Part shown: positions 12,504 through 25,435 of the stretch, piece after piece
Numbering within the stretch: the first letter of the stretch is position 1
Layout of the letters: each line of letters begins with the position of its first letter
Assembly: GCF_006345805.1 (NCBI RefSeq)
Contig: NC_043002.1
Span: 79,546,001-79,610,000, forward strand
Origin: Octopus sinensis
Taxonomy: Eukaryota
DNA: 64,000 bases
Direction of reading: 5' to 3'
Program-made: the position numbers and the translations under genes
The notes under the pieces: generated by a model
The model's database searches: none
What the model was told of the DNA's origin: nothing
The model's input: only the letters and a program-made list of their open reading frames with translations

Positions 12504-13577
12504 TAATGATGTAATTAATATTAATGATAAAGATTATCGTGGCAAGGATGTTGATGAGCTTCATGGTTATGTTGTTCACGATGATTATGCTAATACGGTA
12601 TATTAAGTTACTTAAAATCAGTTCAACATCTGATCGAATAGGCCTATGATCAAAGGACTTCCAGCCATGACTCACTGGTAACATTCAGTACGCCCGAAAT
12701 ACATATTCACCTTTATATTTAATATATTTTATATGTTTTATCCGCATGGCTGAATCCATATCTGGTCAACTTCACCACTCTTATAGCCATTCTTTAGCCC
12801 GTGGAATTGTTCCCCTGTAGAGACATCGGAGTCTAAGTTTGAATCCTTCGAGCACTGCTAAGTGTCTTCTATACAAAGAATCTCTGGATCTCACCTGTTG
12901 ATTATATTAACTTTTCAAGGTATTCTTCATTTTAAAGTAGATAGAATATGATCCGAGGGAGATTTTTGACTGCTATTTCTACCGGGTCGAATGACCACGG
13001 AGAGGATCTTCCTTACTGACATCGTGTTGGTGATGAGTGTAATAATAAGAAAAAAAAATCTATTTTAGAAATAATTTTAATGTTGAACACAAAACAACAA
13101 ACAAAACTAAACAAAAATATATCAAAAGAGAAAACGACTGAGGGAAGCGAAGAACAAGAAAGCTGGAATGAAGAAACAAGAGAAAAGGATGGAGGAATAT
13201 GTGAAGGAACAGAGATAGGTGAAGTTGAGCAGAAAAAAAGATAAGGAAGAAAAAAAAAAACCGATGACGACGACGACGACGACGACGAGAACGACAGCAA
13301 CGTCAACAAAAACAACAACAACAATATCAACAACTAATAAATATATTGTTATGAAAAGATAGTAAGGAAACTCTAATGAAACAAAGTGGTTGGTGATGGA
13401 GATAGTGACTACGAATTGTTTGAAATTTCCCCAGAGAAAATGGTAGCGTTGACAAAGTCCCAAGAATTGATGCCACTTGACTAATCATTGATCACTAAAG
13501 ATTTTCACATCTTTCCTTCCTTCCTTCCTTTCCTTCTTTTTTCTTTCTTTCTTTCTTCTTTTCTTTCTTTCTTCTTT

Positions 13578-13610
<33 letters not shown>

Positions 13611-13854
13611 TTCTTTCTTTCTTTCTTTCTTTCTTTCTTCTTTCTTTCTTTCCTTTCTTTTCTTTCTTTCTTTCAGGCGTTTTGTTTTGATAATAGATTT
13701 TGAAATGTAATATACAATTTCCAACACTTACAACGGTTGTCGTTATGTCCCAGGTGGATATTACTGATAGGGAAATGTATATATACATATATATATATAA
13801 AACATGTATATACATATGTATATATGAATGTATATATTCATATGCATATATGTG

Positions 13855-13948
<94 letters not shown>

Positions 13949-14480
13949 ACGCCCATGTAGCAAAGCAAGGGAATTTTAGTACCCAACTGTGATATTCAAT
14001 TGCTGAAAATGCACAACGATCAAGGTATTTGCTTGTGCAATGAATTTATGTGTCAATTTAACAAATGGGAAGACTGAGCCACAATTATAACGCATGAAAT
14101 ATATATAGGATAGTTACAATTTCTTAAGCGGTAAGATGTCTACATATTTCGATGACTATTCACGTGATCAGCAGCTGCTGAACGAAAAACGGTTACCATT
14201 TTGGTTACATATTGGAAACTAATTTTTCACACCATGCGTGTTTCATACAAAATTCTATTGGGAATTGACAAAGGAACGAAGCGGGTATTTTGTATATCAT
14301 CACGAAATAACAATGAATTTAGAAAGGCAGGAAAAAAGACTACCATAAGAGTGAACAAGTGTGGAATATAGTAAATCTGGATGCTTAAATACATGCTACA
14401 AGCTATACAGCTGGAGGTAGATGCGCAAGACGTTTGATGATAGACTCAGTTATGGTGTGAACTAAAAGTCTATTACCAAA

Positions 14481-15265
14481 CAGGGGTACTCAACCATTTC
14501 TTACCTCTGGACCCCTTTGATTTTTATTTTACTTGGGTGGAACCCATAGCCATCCGATGTTTAAAAAATCCAATAATCAATATCTATAAAGCTGAAATGC
14601 GAAGAAGTTGTTTGATTTCTTGGTTATTTGTCTCATTTTGGGATGGGAACGGTTTAAGGGGCGCTAGATGGGGTCGGATTGACGCCAAAATTTACACTGA
14701 GGGTAAAATGGTGTGGGCAATGGTGTGAGGAGGGTTGCAAGTTGCTCGGGGCTACCGTTTGGTTGCCATGGTGAGGAATATGGAAAAAATTGAGTTTTAT
14801 GGGATAGACAGGCTGCACTGTTTGAATAATGGTGGCTTTTCGTGTTGCCGTAGGGGCTAGAGGCGGTTATATTCAATTGTGGGTGTAAAAATTTGGGGGA
14901 TTTTGGAAAGGGGGGGGTTAAGAAGAAGGCAATAAAAAGAACCAGGCAAATAAGACGAACAAAAGAAGATAACATAACAACACCACCACCAAAACCCGAG
15001 CGAAGCACGGGTCAAAATAGCTAGTCTTTTATAATTGAATAGTATTACGACTTGTATAAAGATATTAAAATATTTTGTTTAATGTGGACGTATTGCGAAT
15101 TTATTGCATATAAACTTTACTGGCCAAAAGCAGAATTTTTTCATAGCCCCTGAAAAATTACCATAGACCCCAATTTACTATATTGTATCCATAGAACCTC
15201 CCCCACAAAAAAAAAAACTTATATGAACCGGCAGGGTCCATATGAACCTCGTTTGAGAACTCCTG
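14481..15265. mobile_element. hAT-like MITE interrupted by a Helitron
   Basis: Imperfect TIRs CAGGGGTACTCAACC ... GTTTGAGAACTCCTG; TSD not preserved. Confidence 0.55.
14583..15024 (+). mobile_element. Non-autonomous Helitron
   Basis: A|TCTAT 5' end; 3' hairpin ACCCGAGCGAAGCACGGGT followed by CTAG|T. Confidence 0.65.
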
Positions 15266-15883
15266 GTTTATGTAAACATGATTAATCACTGAAAATGAAC
15301 GACGCAGGAGTTTTCGAAGTACGATGAATTCTTTTTTAGTCATGCATGTATATTGTGTCGTTAAAAAGCTCGCTTTGTAACCACATGGTTGTGGGTTCAA
15401 TCCCAATGCATAGTACCATGAGCAAGAGTCTTCTTCTATAATACTGAGTTAATTTGGTAGATGGAAAATATGTGCTGTATTTGTGTTTGTTTCTCGCCAC
15501 CGCCTGACTACCTGAAATGATTTGTTTACCCCACCGGAACTTAACGGTTTAGCGAAAAAGCAGAATCGATACCGGACTTTAAAAATGCAGAAAAATCTAT
15601 AAGTACCGGAGTCGATTTCTTCAAGTGAAACCCTTCAAGTTGGAGTCCAGCAGTGAAATGGCTGAAATGGTGAAAGATCAAAGATATAACGTATACATAC
15701 ATGCATATATACATACATACATACATACATATATATATATGTATATATATATACACACATACATATATACATACGTACATATATATACACATATATATAT
15801 ATTGTATAAAGGATCGTGGGTAAGGCCAGAACAATGCGAAGTAAATGCAAGGCAAATCACAAGAGAAAAAAATATATATGATG

Positions 15884-15943
<60 letters not shown>

Positions 15944-16269
15944 TAATAATAATAATAATAAGGTTGACGGAAGAAAAGCAGGACAAAAACGGCTTTATCG
16001 ATCGCATTCTCACCTGGAATCGATTTTTGTAATTTTTTCAAGACTTATACACGCCCTGATACCGTCGGTATCTACATATCAAATTTGAGCGGAATCGGAT
16101 GGAGGATGCCCTACATTCTAGAAGACACATACACACAGACAGAACGGATTATATATAATAGAAGATTCGATACTGGTCAGGATGGAGACACATTTGTAGG
16201 GTAGTGAATTAGCAGATTTATTGTGCTAGTTTTTGTTGTTTAACCTATGTCATTCCTGAGTAGAACGTA

Positions 16270-16485
16270 CGAAAAAGTGCTGAAAAGTTCCAGGCTTTGG
16301 TTAAAAGAAAATACAGGAGGATCAGTTAATCTTGATTTTATTCAACATATTCCCCTCTCAGATTCACACACTTATTGTAGCGGTCCTCAAATTTCCGTAA
16401 CCCTGTAACAGAATACGGAAGTTTGGGTCTCCAGCCAGGTTGTCCACGATACCCTTAAAGCCAGGAACTTTTCAGCACCCTATCG
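16270..16485. mobile_element. Mariner-derived MITE
   Basis: TA-flanked TIRs ...GTGCTGAAAAGTTCC(A/T)GGCTTT; the interior on the minus strand encodes the transposase C-terminus NKCVNLRGEYVE*. Confidence 0.8.
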
Positions 16486-17051
16486 TAGAGTCAGCCGACC
16501 AGCCGTTACTTGAATATGTCTTGGTAATAAGTATTATGCATGTTTTGATTTGATAAAGCTCGCAGAATCGTTAGCACACCGGACGAAATGCTGAGCGGCA
16601 TTTTGTTCGTCTTCACATTCTGGGGCAACTTTGCTTTTCATTTTTTCGGAGCCGATAAAATAAGTACCAATTGAGTACTGAGTTCGATGTAATTTACTTA
16701 ACTCCTCATCCGAAATTGCTGGCCTTGTGCCAAAATTTACTGCCAATATGTATTATGCTTTTATTTACTACTTTAGGTGCTGATATTGTCGGAGAAGACA
16801 TAAACGCCGTTTTCGCTCCATTAAGACTTCACTCAACGGTCCAGCCAGGATGTGAAATCTGGTGTTGGTGGTGGTGGTGGTAGTGGGGATAGAAATGTAC
16901 CAATATCTAGCTGGTACTAATTTGTACCTGGGTAGACAGGGAGTACGTGAAATGAAGTGCCTTGTCTAGAGACAGAACACGTCGCTCACTCCATGAAATG
17001 ACACCACAATATATTACTGTTGTGATTCGAATATGCTAACCATTAGTCCAC

Positions 17052-17476
17052 GCATGTTCATACTAATTATTTCTTTATTGCCTACAAAGGAATAAACATT
17101 GAGGGGACAAACAAGGGGATTAAGTCGATTACATCGACGCCAGTGCGTAACTAGTACTTGATTTATTGACCCCGAAAGGATGAAAGGCAAAGTCGACCTT
17201 GGCGGAATTTGAACTCAGAGCGTAGCAGCAGACGAAATATCTATTTCTTTACTAACCACAAGGGGCTAAACACAGAGAGGACAAACAAGGACAGACAAAC
17301 GGATTAAGTCGATTATATCGACCCCAGTATGCAACTGGGGCATAAATTATCGACCCCGAAGGGATGAAAGGCAAAGTCGACCTCGGCGGATTTTTGAACT
17401 CAGAACGTAGCGGCAGACGAAATACCGCTAAGCATTTCGCCCGGCGTGCTAACGTTACTGCCAGCTCGCCGCCTTA
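17052..17476 (-). mobile_element. SINE family B, dimeric form
   Basis: Two Meta-like domains joined by the ...CCTTGTTTGTCC...AGCCCCTTGTGG...GAAATAG linker, as at 23305-23735 and 62308-62700. Confidence 0.8.
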
Positions 17477-18310
17477 TTTCCAAAATCAAAAGGCGTGAAG
17501 CCGCCGCATGCCTTGATCTGCGCGCGGCTGTCTCAGTCTAATATTTGCGCCGCGACCAATGCGGAAGGTCGACCGTTTTTCGGCCCGACGCTCGGTTCAT
17601 ACTAATTAAGCACACTTATAACAAAATAGTGACTTTTACGTATGTATCAAGCCTTTGTGTATGGAGGACTACATCGTATATTATAGCGTTTCTTTTAAGG
17701 ACTTTAGATTTTAGCAAGAATATTTTGCTTCTATTTTTCATAATTTGAGTGACCATAAGGAAGATCTCTTGTCAGAAATTCCATGCTATATATATATAAT
17801 TTCTCCAGAAATTCGATTTCATCTTCTTTTGAATATTACAGTTCAGTCTAATCCGCTATCATGTGGTTAATGTGTCTTTTCTAACATTTTTAATGTCTGA
17901 TCGATGTAGTCGTTAGTTATGTATGTATGTATGAATGTATGTATATATATGTATGCGTGTATGTAGGTATGTATGTATGTATGTACGTATGTATGTATGT
18001 ATGTATGTGTGTATGTATGTGTGTATATATGTATGTATATGTGTGTATACGTGTGTGTGTATATATGAAGTCGCACTCACATACATACATACATACATAC
18101 AAACATACACACACACACATACACATATATATATACATATATAAATCTATGTATATTTTTCAATGTGTACGAACAACAAGGAAAAAACCGATAAAGAGTT
18201 AACAAGGTAGCAAGAGTTCACATAAGCACCAAAGATATTACAGACTCCCTATAGAGATAGAAATTGCAGGGTTAAGTCTACATATATATGTATGTATGCA
18301 TGCATGTATG

Positions 18311-18352
<42 letters not shown>

Positions 18353-18941
18353 GGAGTAAATCCAAACTTACAGGGAAAAATTAGATTTAGGATTAAATCC
18401 AATTTTACAGTATAAATATAAATTAAATTTAAATAATTTTAATTTTGTATTTTATATTTTATATTTTGTATATTATATTAATTAGTTTTAGTTCTATGTT
18501 TTGGTTTATGTTTTTCATTGTTTGATTTGCCTAATAGTGGTTTTATCTTTAATTTAATTTATATATATATGCTTATATGCATTTATATGTGTGTGTTTGT
18601 GAGCATATGGTGTTTTCAGGAAAGTAGTCACAGTGGCGTAAGAACTCGAAAAGAAGGATTGTGGGAAAACTAACATATTCTCCCTTCACTCGTACGTTTT
18701 CTCCGTATTTGTTTTATTAACCATCTGCCCATTTTCTCTAAAACCTCTTTCGCATAGTTGAGGCTTTGAGCCGTAGCTATTCTAGTGCAATGAGTGAACT
18801 CACTGGGAACTGTAACTATAGAACTATTTCAGATCCGATCTTAACCTCTTTCACTATTATACCTTCGTTATTTAAATATGGCCATCAGTTATATATTTTT
18901 CTCTTTTTCTTTTAGTTATAGCTGCAGACATTTATTTAAAA

Positions 18942-19455
18942 CTAGCAGTATCGCCCGGCGTTGCTCGGGTTTGTAAGGGAAATAACTATATAAGCATTTT
19001 TAGAGAGTTACTTCCCTTATAGATGCCAATTCGGGCTTTCTTAGCCATTTCTGTTTTGGTGTCTTCAAGCCATGAAGTCGTTGTTCTAAAAGAACGCTGG
19101 TCTCCTTGACAACGCATTACGACGTTGATTTCCTTACACTCCCTTCCCCACAGCTTCACGAGGGAGGGAAGAAGGGGGAGAAGCAACACAGGTGCAGATG
19201 TGAGCATGGACGCCAACTCCGCCGCCATCGACACACGAAAAAATATGCATTAAAATGGAATAAAAAATGATGTTAAATTATTTTTAAAATCGTAGACTCA
19301 TCGTAGACGCGCGCTAATACCCAGACGGGCTCGATATGAATCACGGCTATAAGATACCCGAATTTGGTTAAACTGCACCGCAAAATGTGGGAGTAGTTAG
19401 GAATCTAAATCGAAGGGGACAGACACTCACACAACTACAGTTTTATATATATAGA
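18942..19455 (-). mobile_element. Non-autonomous Helitron, full length, with extra internal segment
   Basis: Minus strand A|TCTATAT ... CCCGAGCAACGCCGGG hairpin ... CTAG|T; homologous to 36417-36816. Confidence 0.8.
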
Positions 19456-19630
19456 TATATTTGTGTACGAACTGAGAGAACAAATTTTCACCAATCAGTT
19501 CCATAGCTCTTACAAAACCTACTGAGTTGTTAAGAGTGCTTTAGGTGAGTCTTAATGTTCACATTCAGCGAATTACAGTATCTGTAAAAAGCTCTGATAA
19601 AAATCGTACCCTTCATTCACTCATCTAGTA

Positions 19631-19848
19631 CATGGGGATGCTAAAAAGTTCCTGGTTTTGGGTAAAAGAAAATACAGGAGGATCAGTTAATTATGATATA
19701 ATTCAACATATTCCCTTCTCAGATTATCACACTTATTGCAGCGGTCTTCAATTTTTCGAAGCCCTGTAATAGAACTCGCAAGGTTCGATCTCCAGCCAGG
19801 CCTTTCAGGATATCCTTAAAGCCAGGCACTTTTCAGCACCCTCTCCAA
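19631..19848. mobile_element. Mariner-derived MITE, second copy
   Basis: Colinear with 16270-16485, TA-flanked. Confidence 0.8.
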
Positions 19849-20539
19849 TATTGCTTCGTACCCAATAACTTCCTTTGTTTTACATCAGGTAAAAAACGAA
19901 GGATTTATCTCCTAGATTCTATTTTTTTCTCTTTTCTTAGCGTGTTAATCTCTATTTTACATTACAGGTTGATATTTAATCATACTCGCCTCTTTATATA
20001 CGGAGAGATCAAACCCAGACGTGGTAGTTATTGTCTTTCATTCCCATAGAATCAATAAATTAAAAATCAATAATAAATAAATCGTGAAACTGAAGCGAAA
20101 ATATATCTAGCCTGAAATAATAACAAAAAGAACCCATAAAATCGTTATTTTGCACCAGGCCCAAAACTACAGATTTCCATTCTTCGAGTAGCATTACATA
20201 CGTTAGAAATCTCAGAAATCAATTTGGTCAAGTTATATTTACTAAACTATTTATTTTCTTCTAACCTCGATCTTATATCCTTGTTTAGCTTCTGACCTGA
20301 CTTTGATATAAATATATTTTAGTCCTTCTTTGAACTTAATAACGTATGCATTTTGGTTAATGTTAGAAGGCGTTGCAAGATTATGATACCCAAATGGGAG
20401 AATGCAATGAAGATATTTAGTAATGAAAGAAGAAGAATATGAAGCTGTGCGATGATGGTAGCTATTATTATTGATTTCTATTGTCTTCCTAAAAATTGAT
20501 TTCTTTAGGGATCGGCTAATATTAACAACTTTATCAAAT

Positions 20540-21110
20540 GTTGGATTTAAAGGTTGCAGAAGAATTAATGTTTGTGTTATCTCAAGAGAAATGCAGGAGC
20601 TTTGATGGAGAAGGGAATGAAATGACGTTGGCGAACGATTTCTCCTGTTGATGGAGGTAGTGCTTCGGAGATGATAGGCTGTATGATTAAGTAGCTTGCA
20701 TGAACACGTACAGATAAGGCATGGAGAGGATATTAGTTCTAGGTGTAATCCACATGAAGATAGTTTGGAAAAGAGGTTTGTATTATATACAGTGTGGTTT
20801 TGTAGTTGATGAATTCTACAGCTTCGCTAGAAACATTGGCTGACTAGGGATAACAAGTAGTTATAAATTTCACAAGAAACTATATCTTCGGTAGATCTAT
20901 CTTTTTCCGAAACTCATATTGGTGATGGCTACAAATAGAAGCGAAAAGAAAAAGAAGAGGAAGGAGAAGCTGTTTCAAGCTTCTGTAGGATATTAAAGAT
21001 TGCTTCCATCAAGTAAGAAATATTGGAGAAAGTAGGAGCGGTATAAATATAATTAGAAGGAAGGGAGATGAGGCTTACAATTTCATGCTATTAAGAAGCT
21101 TGATCGGATA
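20540..21110 (-). mobile_element. Highly degenerate LINE RT fragment (CR1/L2/Jockey group)
   Basis: Minus remnants SYLMEAIFN..L ... HQYEFRKK ... LFSKLSSCGLH resemble the K.ME.I.N ... HQYGFR..RST ... LL.KL..YG RT segment; many stops. Confidence 0.4.
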
Positions 21111-21249
21111 AGGGCTAAAATGCTTGATCGGATAAAACTTGGCATTATAGCAAGGTAATTGTTATTATTGATTAAGTAATATTTAGGAAACTACGGTTAG
21201 ACCATCTTAGGGAGTACTGAAATAAGGGGTTGTGCAAGATTCGGATTAA

Positions 21250-21930
21250 TTTGTTTGGAACGAGAATTACTTTACAGAAATCGGTGTTTGAGGTCCTCGT
21301 TTATTATGATGGAAGACAAGGCTCCGAAATGTTCTTTAAATGTTCGGTCACCACTGTCACACGTGCTGATTTCTATTTCTTACATCGGGGTCACCATTTG
21401 TACGAAGACGACGAAATCTTTTGCGATTTTTGATAAACAAAATTGTATTCTTTTCGTACACACGCAAAAAGAAAAACAGAAACCAGAACAAATACTGTCG
21501 TTACTACGAACGACAAAATATCGAGAGAGTCTGAATGTTATTGTTCTCAGTGTAATTGCAATAGTATTCAAAAAGTTAGAAGTTGGTCGTTGTGTTGCTG
21601 TCGCCGATTGTTCATTGTGTTTGTTGTCATCTCCGGTCAGCTACTGTCAGCGTCTGTTTGCCGTCCGTCTGCCATCTCGTATCTGCCGTCAGTCAATGCC
21701 CTCGCAAAGCTGTCAAGTAGTCAAGGTATGCCGAATTTATACTGGTGGTTAGGATCAGAAAGAAGTACGCCAAAAGATGAAATCATCGCTGGAGCCAATT
21801 GCATGCGAAGTCGTGATCGGTCAGATTTTGCTGATCATGTGGGTAATATTCTAGTGAATCGCAACATCGAGTGTTTACCGAATATTCCTGCTGGCAAAAA
21901 GACGGCTGGCATCTTTTTTGCTAAATGACC
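21250..21930. promoter_or_regulatory. Unique CpG-containing island; candidate promoter or first exon
   Basis: Non-repetitive; minus-strand TATAAAT at 21741-21735; plus-strand TTTACAG acceptor (21277) and AAG|GTATG donor (21725). Orientation unresolved. Confidence 0.25.
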
Positions 21931-22337
21931 TCTATTTTTAGAGACAAAAAAGAACATCTACAAAAGTAAGTGTTGATTTATTTTGCAAATCTTACGGTAG
22001 CATTTACAACAAGATGCAATAATTGTCGTCTTATTGATACTCGTCTTGTTCCCAATCTTGTGTGCTGACAAAATATTGTTGTTGAATACTACTGCTGTTA
22101 GTGCTGCTATTGTTTTTTCTTTTTTTTTGTTGTCGATTAGCTCAGATCGATCTTGAAAAAGTTAACATGCTATCAGAGACATTCCATCTGTGAGCACTCT
22201 GTTCTTCAGACATAATGATAAATTAGCGGCAATGCGTCCTGCTTTTGTATGACAGTATGGTGTGCTACACTAGTAGTAGTAGTATTAGTAGTAGTAGTAG
22301 TAGCAGCAGCAGCAGCAGTAGCAACAGCAGCAGCAAC

Positions 22338-22375
<38 letters not shown>

Positions 22376-22647
22376 CTGTTTTTATAGTGCATATGTTTTC
22401 AGATACATGTGGAAGCACGCTGGACGACTATATAAAAAGTAACGCGTTAACTCGTGAAGAGTGCTGTTTGAAGTCGTTGATGAGTTGGGATTCATTAAAA
22501 GAATGCCGTTACAAGGATAGGGGAATATCCAATTAAGTACAAAGAAAAATATATTGACTAATATAAAGCTATTTCTTTAACCATAATTTGTTGATCAATA
22601 CATTGGTCTATATCGTACAAATGTTATTATTAATATTGATGTAGGCA

Positions 22648-23735
22648 AAGGCGGTGAGCTGGCAGAATCGTTAGTACGCCGAGCAGAATACTTAGAGGCA
22701 TTTCGTTCGTCTTCACGTTCTGAGCTAAAATTCTGCCGAGTTCAACTTTGCTTTTCATTCTTTGGAGGTTGATAAAATACGTACCGGTTGAGCACTGCGA
22801 TCGATCTTATCGACCTCCTCCGAAATAGCTGGTCTTGTGCCAAAGCTTGAAAGCAATATAGATGAAGGTAGCAGACAGAATGTTAGCGCGCCTAAAAAAA
22901 TGTTAAACGGCATTTACGTCCTGAGTTCAAATTACGCCGAGGTCGATTTTGCCTTTCATCATTTCGGCGTCGATAAAATAAGTATGAGTTGAGCATTGGG
23001 GTCAGTGTAATCGACTTACGGCCTCCCCCGAGCTTTCTGGCCTTGTGCCAAAAATAGAAACCAATATTGAAAAAGCGGTGAGTTGGCAGAATCGTTACCA
23101 TGCCGGACAAAATATTTAGCTGTATTTTTTTACTAGCTTTACGGTCTTAGTTCAATTGCTGCCGAGGTCGACTTTGCCTTTCATCCTTTCCGGGTCGATA
23201 AAATAAGTAACAATGAAACACTGGGGTCAATATAATCGACTAGCTCCCTCACCCAAGATTTCATGCCTTGTGCCTATAGTAGGAAGAATTGCTAGTATTG
23301 ATGAAGCCAGCGAGCTGGCAGAATCGTTGCACGCCGAACGAAATGCTTAGCGGTATTTCGTCTGCCGTTACGTTCTGAGTTCAAATTCCACCGAGGTCGA
23401 CTTTGCCTTTCATCCTTTCTGGGTCCATTAAATAAGTAGCAGTTACGCACTGGGGGTCGATATAATCGACTTAATCCGTTTGTCCGTCCTTGTTTGTCCT
23501 CTCTGTGTTTAGCCCCTTGTGGGTAGTAAAGAAATAGGTATTTCGTCTGTCTTTACTTTCTGAGTTCAAATTCCGCCGAGGTCGACTTTGCCTTTCATCC
23601 TTTCGGAGTCGATAAATTAAGTACTAGTGGCGTACTGGGGTCAATCTAATCGACTGGGCACCCTCCCCCAAAATTTCGGGCCTTGTGCCTAGAGTAGAAA
23701 AGAATCGTTAGCACGCCGGGCGAAATGCTTGGTGG
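22648..23735 (+). mobile_element. Head-to-tail cluster of about 5 SINE family B units
   Basis: GGCGGTGAGCTGGCAGAATCGTTAG head and GAGGTCGACTTTGCCTTTCATCC domain repeated in the same orientation. Confidence 0.85.
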
Positions 23736-24314
23736 CATTACTTTAAATCCAAATAGCAAAACAGAAGAAAAAATAGTTAAATATTACTTGGTTTATTTCT
23801 TTCAAATTGTCTAAAATATACTAAATAATATTTTCCTTCCCATTTAGGATTCGAAACAGACATGTAAACTGGGCTCGACAGTGTCACTACATTTAAAAAA
23901 AAAAAAAGTACAAACAAGGTCAAGAGAAAAGGAAAACAGTTGTGCATTCGCTTCGCTGAATTCTTTGCTAAAATCAGATTTTAAAAAGGTATTTATAGCG
24001 GTCGTTTCTGAAATGCCGTCATACAATCATTTATTTCTGTCAAGCAAAATGAAATTAACGCCATAGAGGTTACTATTTTTAGACAATAGTTGCTTTGATA
24101 ATTCCCTCTAATGTCAAAGAAGCCCAGAAACTTATAATAACCGATTCCCAAATGTTATATATGGGAGTCTCCTGTTTATTACTGCGGTTCCGATTGTTCA
24201 AAGAAAGCGGCATTGTCTTATGATGGACGAAACAAGGAAAATCGGCCCACATCAAACAGATAACCTTTGTCCGGATTTTTCTCCTCAAACTATCACTATC
24301 ATCACTACCATCAG

Positions 24315-24355
<41 letters not shown>

Positions 24356-24578
24356 GCCGAACCATAATGGAATCTTGTGCTAACAAGCAAATGTAAAGTT
24401 CTTTGGAAAAGGGATTCACAAACTTTATTATTGATTGTTATGAAAGCTATTGATCAGAACTAAGTGCGTTTCAATTCAGTTGTAGACTATTGATCAATGT
24501 CACGCAAGGTTTTCTATTCAAGTGTAGAATCTCACTTAGTACTGAATAAAGCCGTTTATTAAGGCTTAGTAAGGGACC

Positions 24579-24960
24579 GTGGTGGCGCAATGGCCCAGTG
24601 GTTAGGGCAGCGGACTCGCGGTCGTAGGATCGCGGTTTCGATTCCCAGACCGGGCGTTGTGAGTGTTTATTGAGCGAAAACACCTAAAGCTCCACGAGGC
24701 TCCGGCAGGGATGGTGGTGATCCCTGCTGTACTCTTTCACCACAACTTTCTCTCACTCTTACTTCCTGTTTCTGTTGTGCCTGTATTTCAAAGGGCCGGC
24801 CTTGTCACTCTCTGTGTCACGCTGAATATCCCCGAGAACTACGTTAAGGGTACACATGTCTGTGGAGTGCTCAGCCACTTACACGTTAATTTCACGAGCA
24901 GGCTGTTCCGTTGATCGGATCAACCGGAACCCTCGTCGTAACCGACGGAGTACTTCCCCC
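24579..24960 (+). mobile_element. Full-length tRNA-derived SINE, family C (tRNA-Arg/Ala-like head)
   Basis: A box TGGCCCAGTGG, B box GGTTTCGATTCC, 11-bp TSD AGTAAGGGACC at 24568-24578 and 24961-24971. Confidence 0.9.
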
Positions 24961-25131
24961 AGTAAGGGACCATTCAGTACCTGTTAAGGAATATAGAACC
25001 AATGGATAAAATGCTTATTACTTGGGTCAATGCTATGAGTTTGCTTTAAGTGTCTCGCATCGCTCTACAACCCATGGTGTTGCACTTATGACAGTTTTTA
25101 TACTAGTCCTTTACCTAATATCAGTCTTATA

Positions 25132-25341
25132 TATACTCTTTTATTCTTTTACTTGTTTCAGTTATTTGACTGCGGCCATGCTGGAGCACCGCCTTTAGTC
25201 GAGCAAATCGACCCCAGGGCTTATTCTTTGTAAGCCTAGTACTTATTCTATCGGTCTCTTTTCCCGAACTGCTAAGTTACGGGGACGTAAACACACCAGC
25301 ATCGGTTGTCAAGCGATAATAGGGGGACAAACACAGACACA

Positions 25342-25385
<44 letters not shown>

Positions 25386-25402
25386 TACACACACACACAC
25401 GC

Positions 25403-25435
<33 letters not shown>

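Noticed and set aside
22400-22536. Exon or TATA-like stretch after the (AGT)n tract
   Set aside because: No donor, no recognisable peptide, no independent support.
24579-24655. tRNA gene
   Set aside because: tRNA-like head of a SINE with TSDs and multiple copies; acceptor stem not formed.
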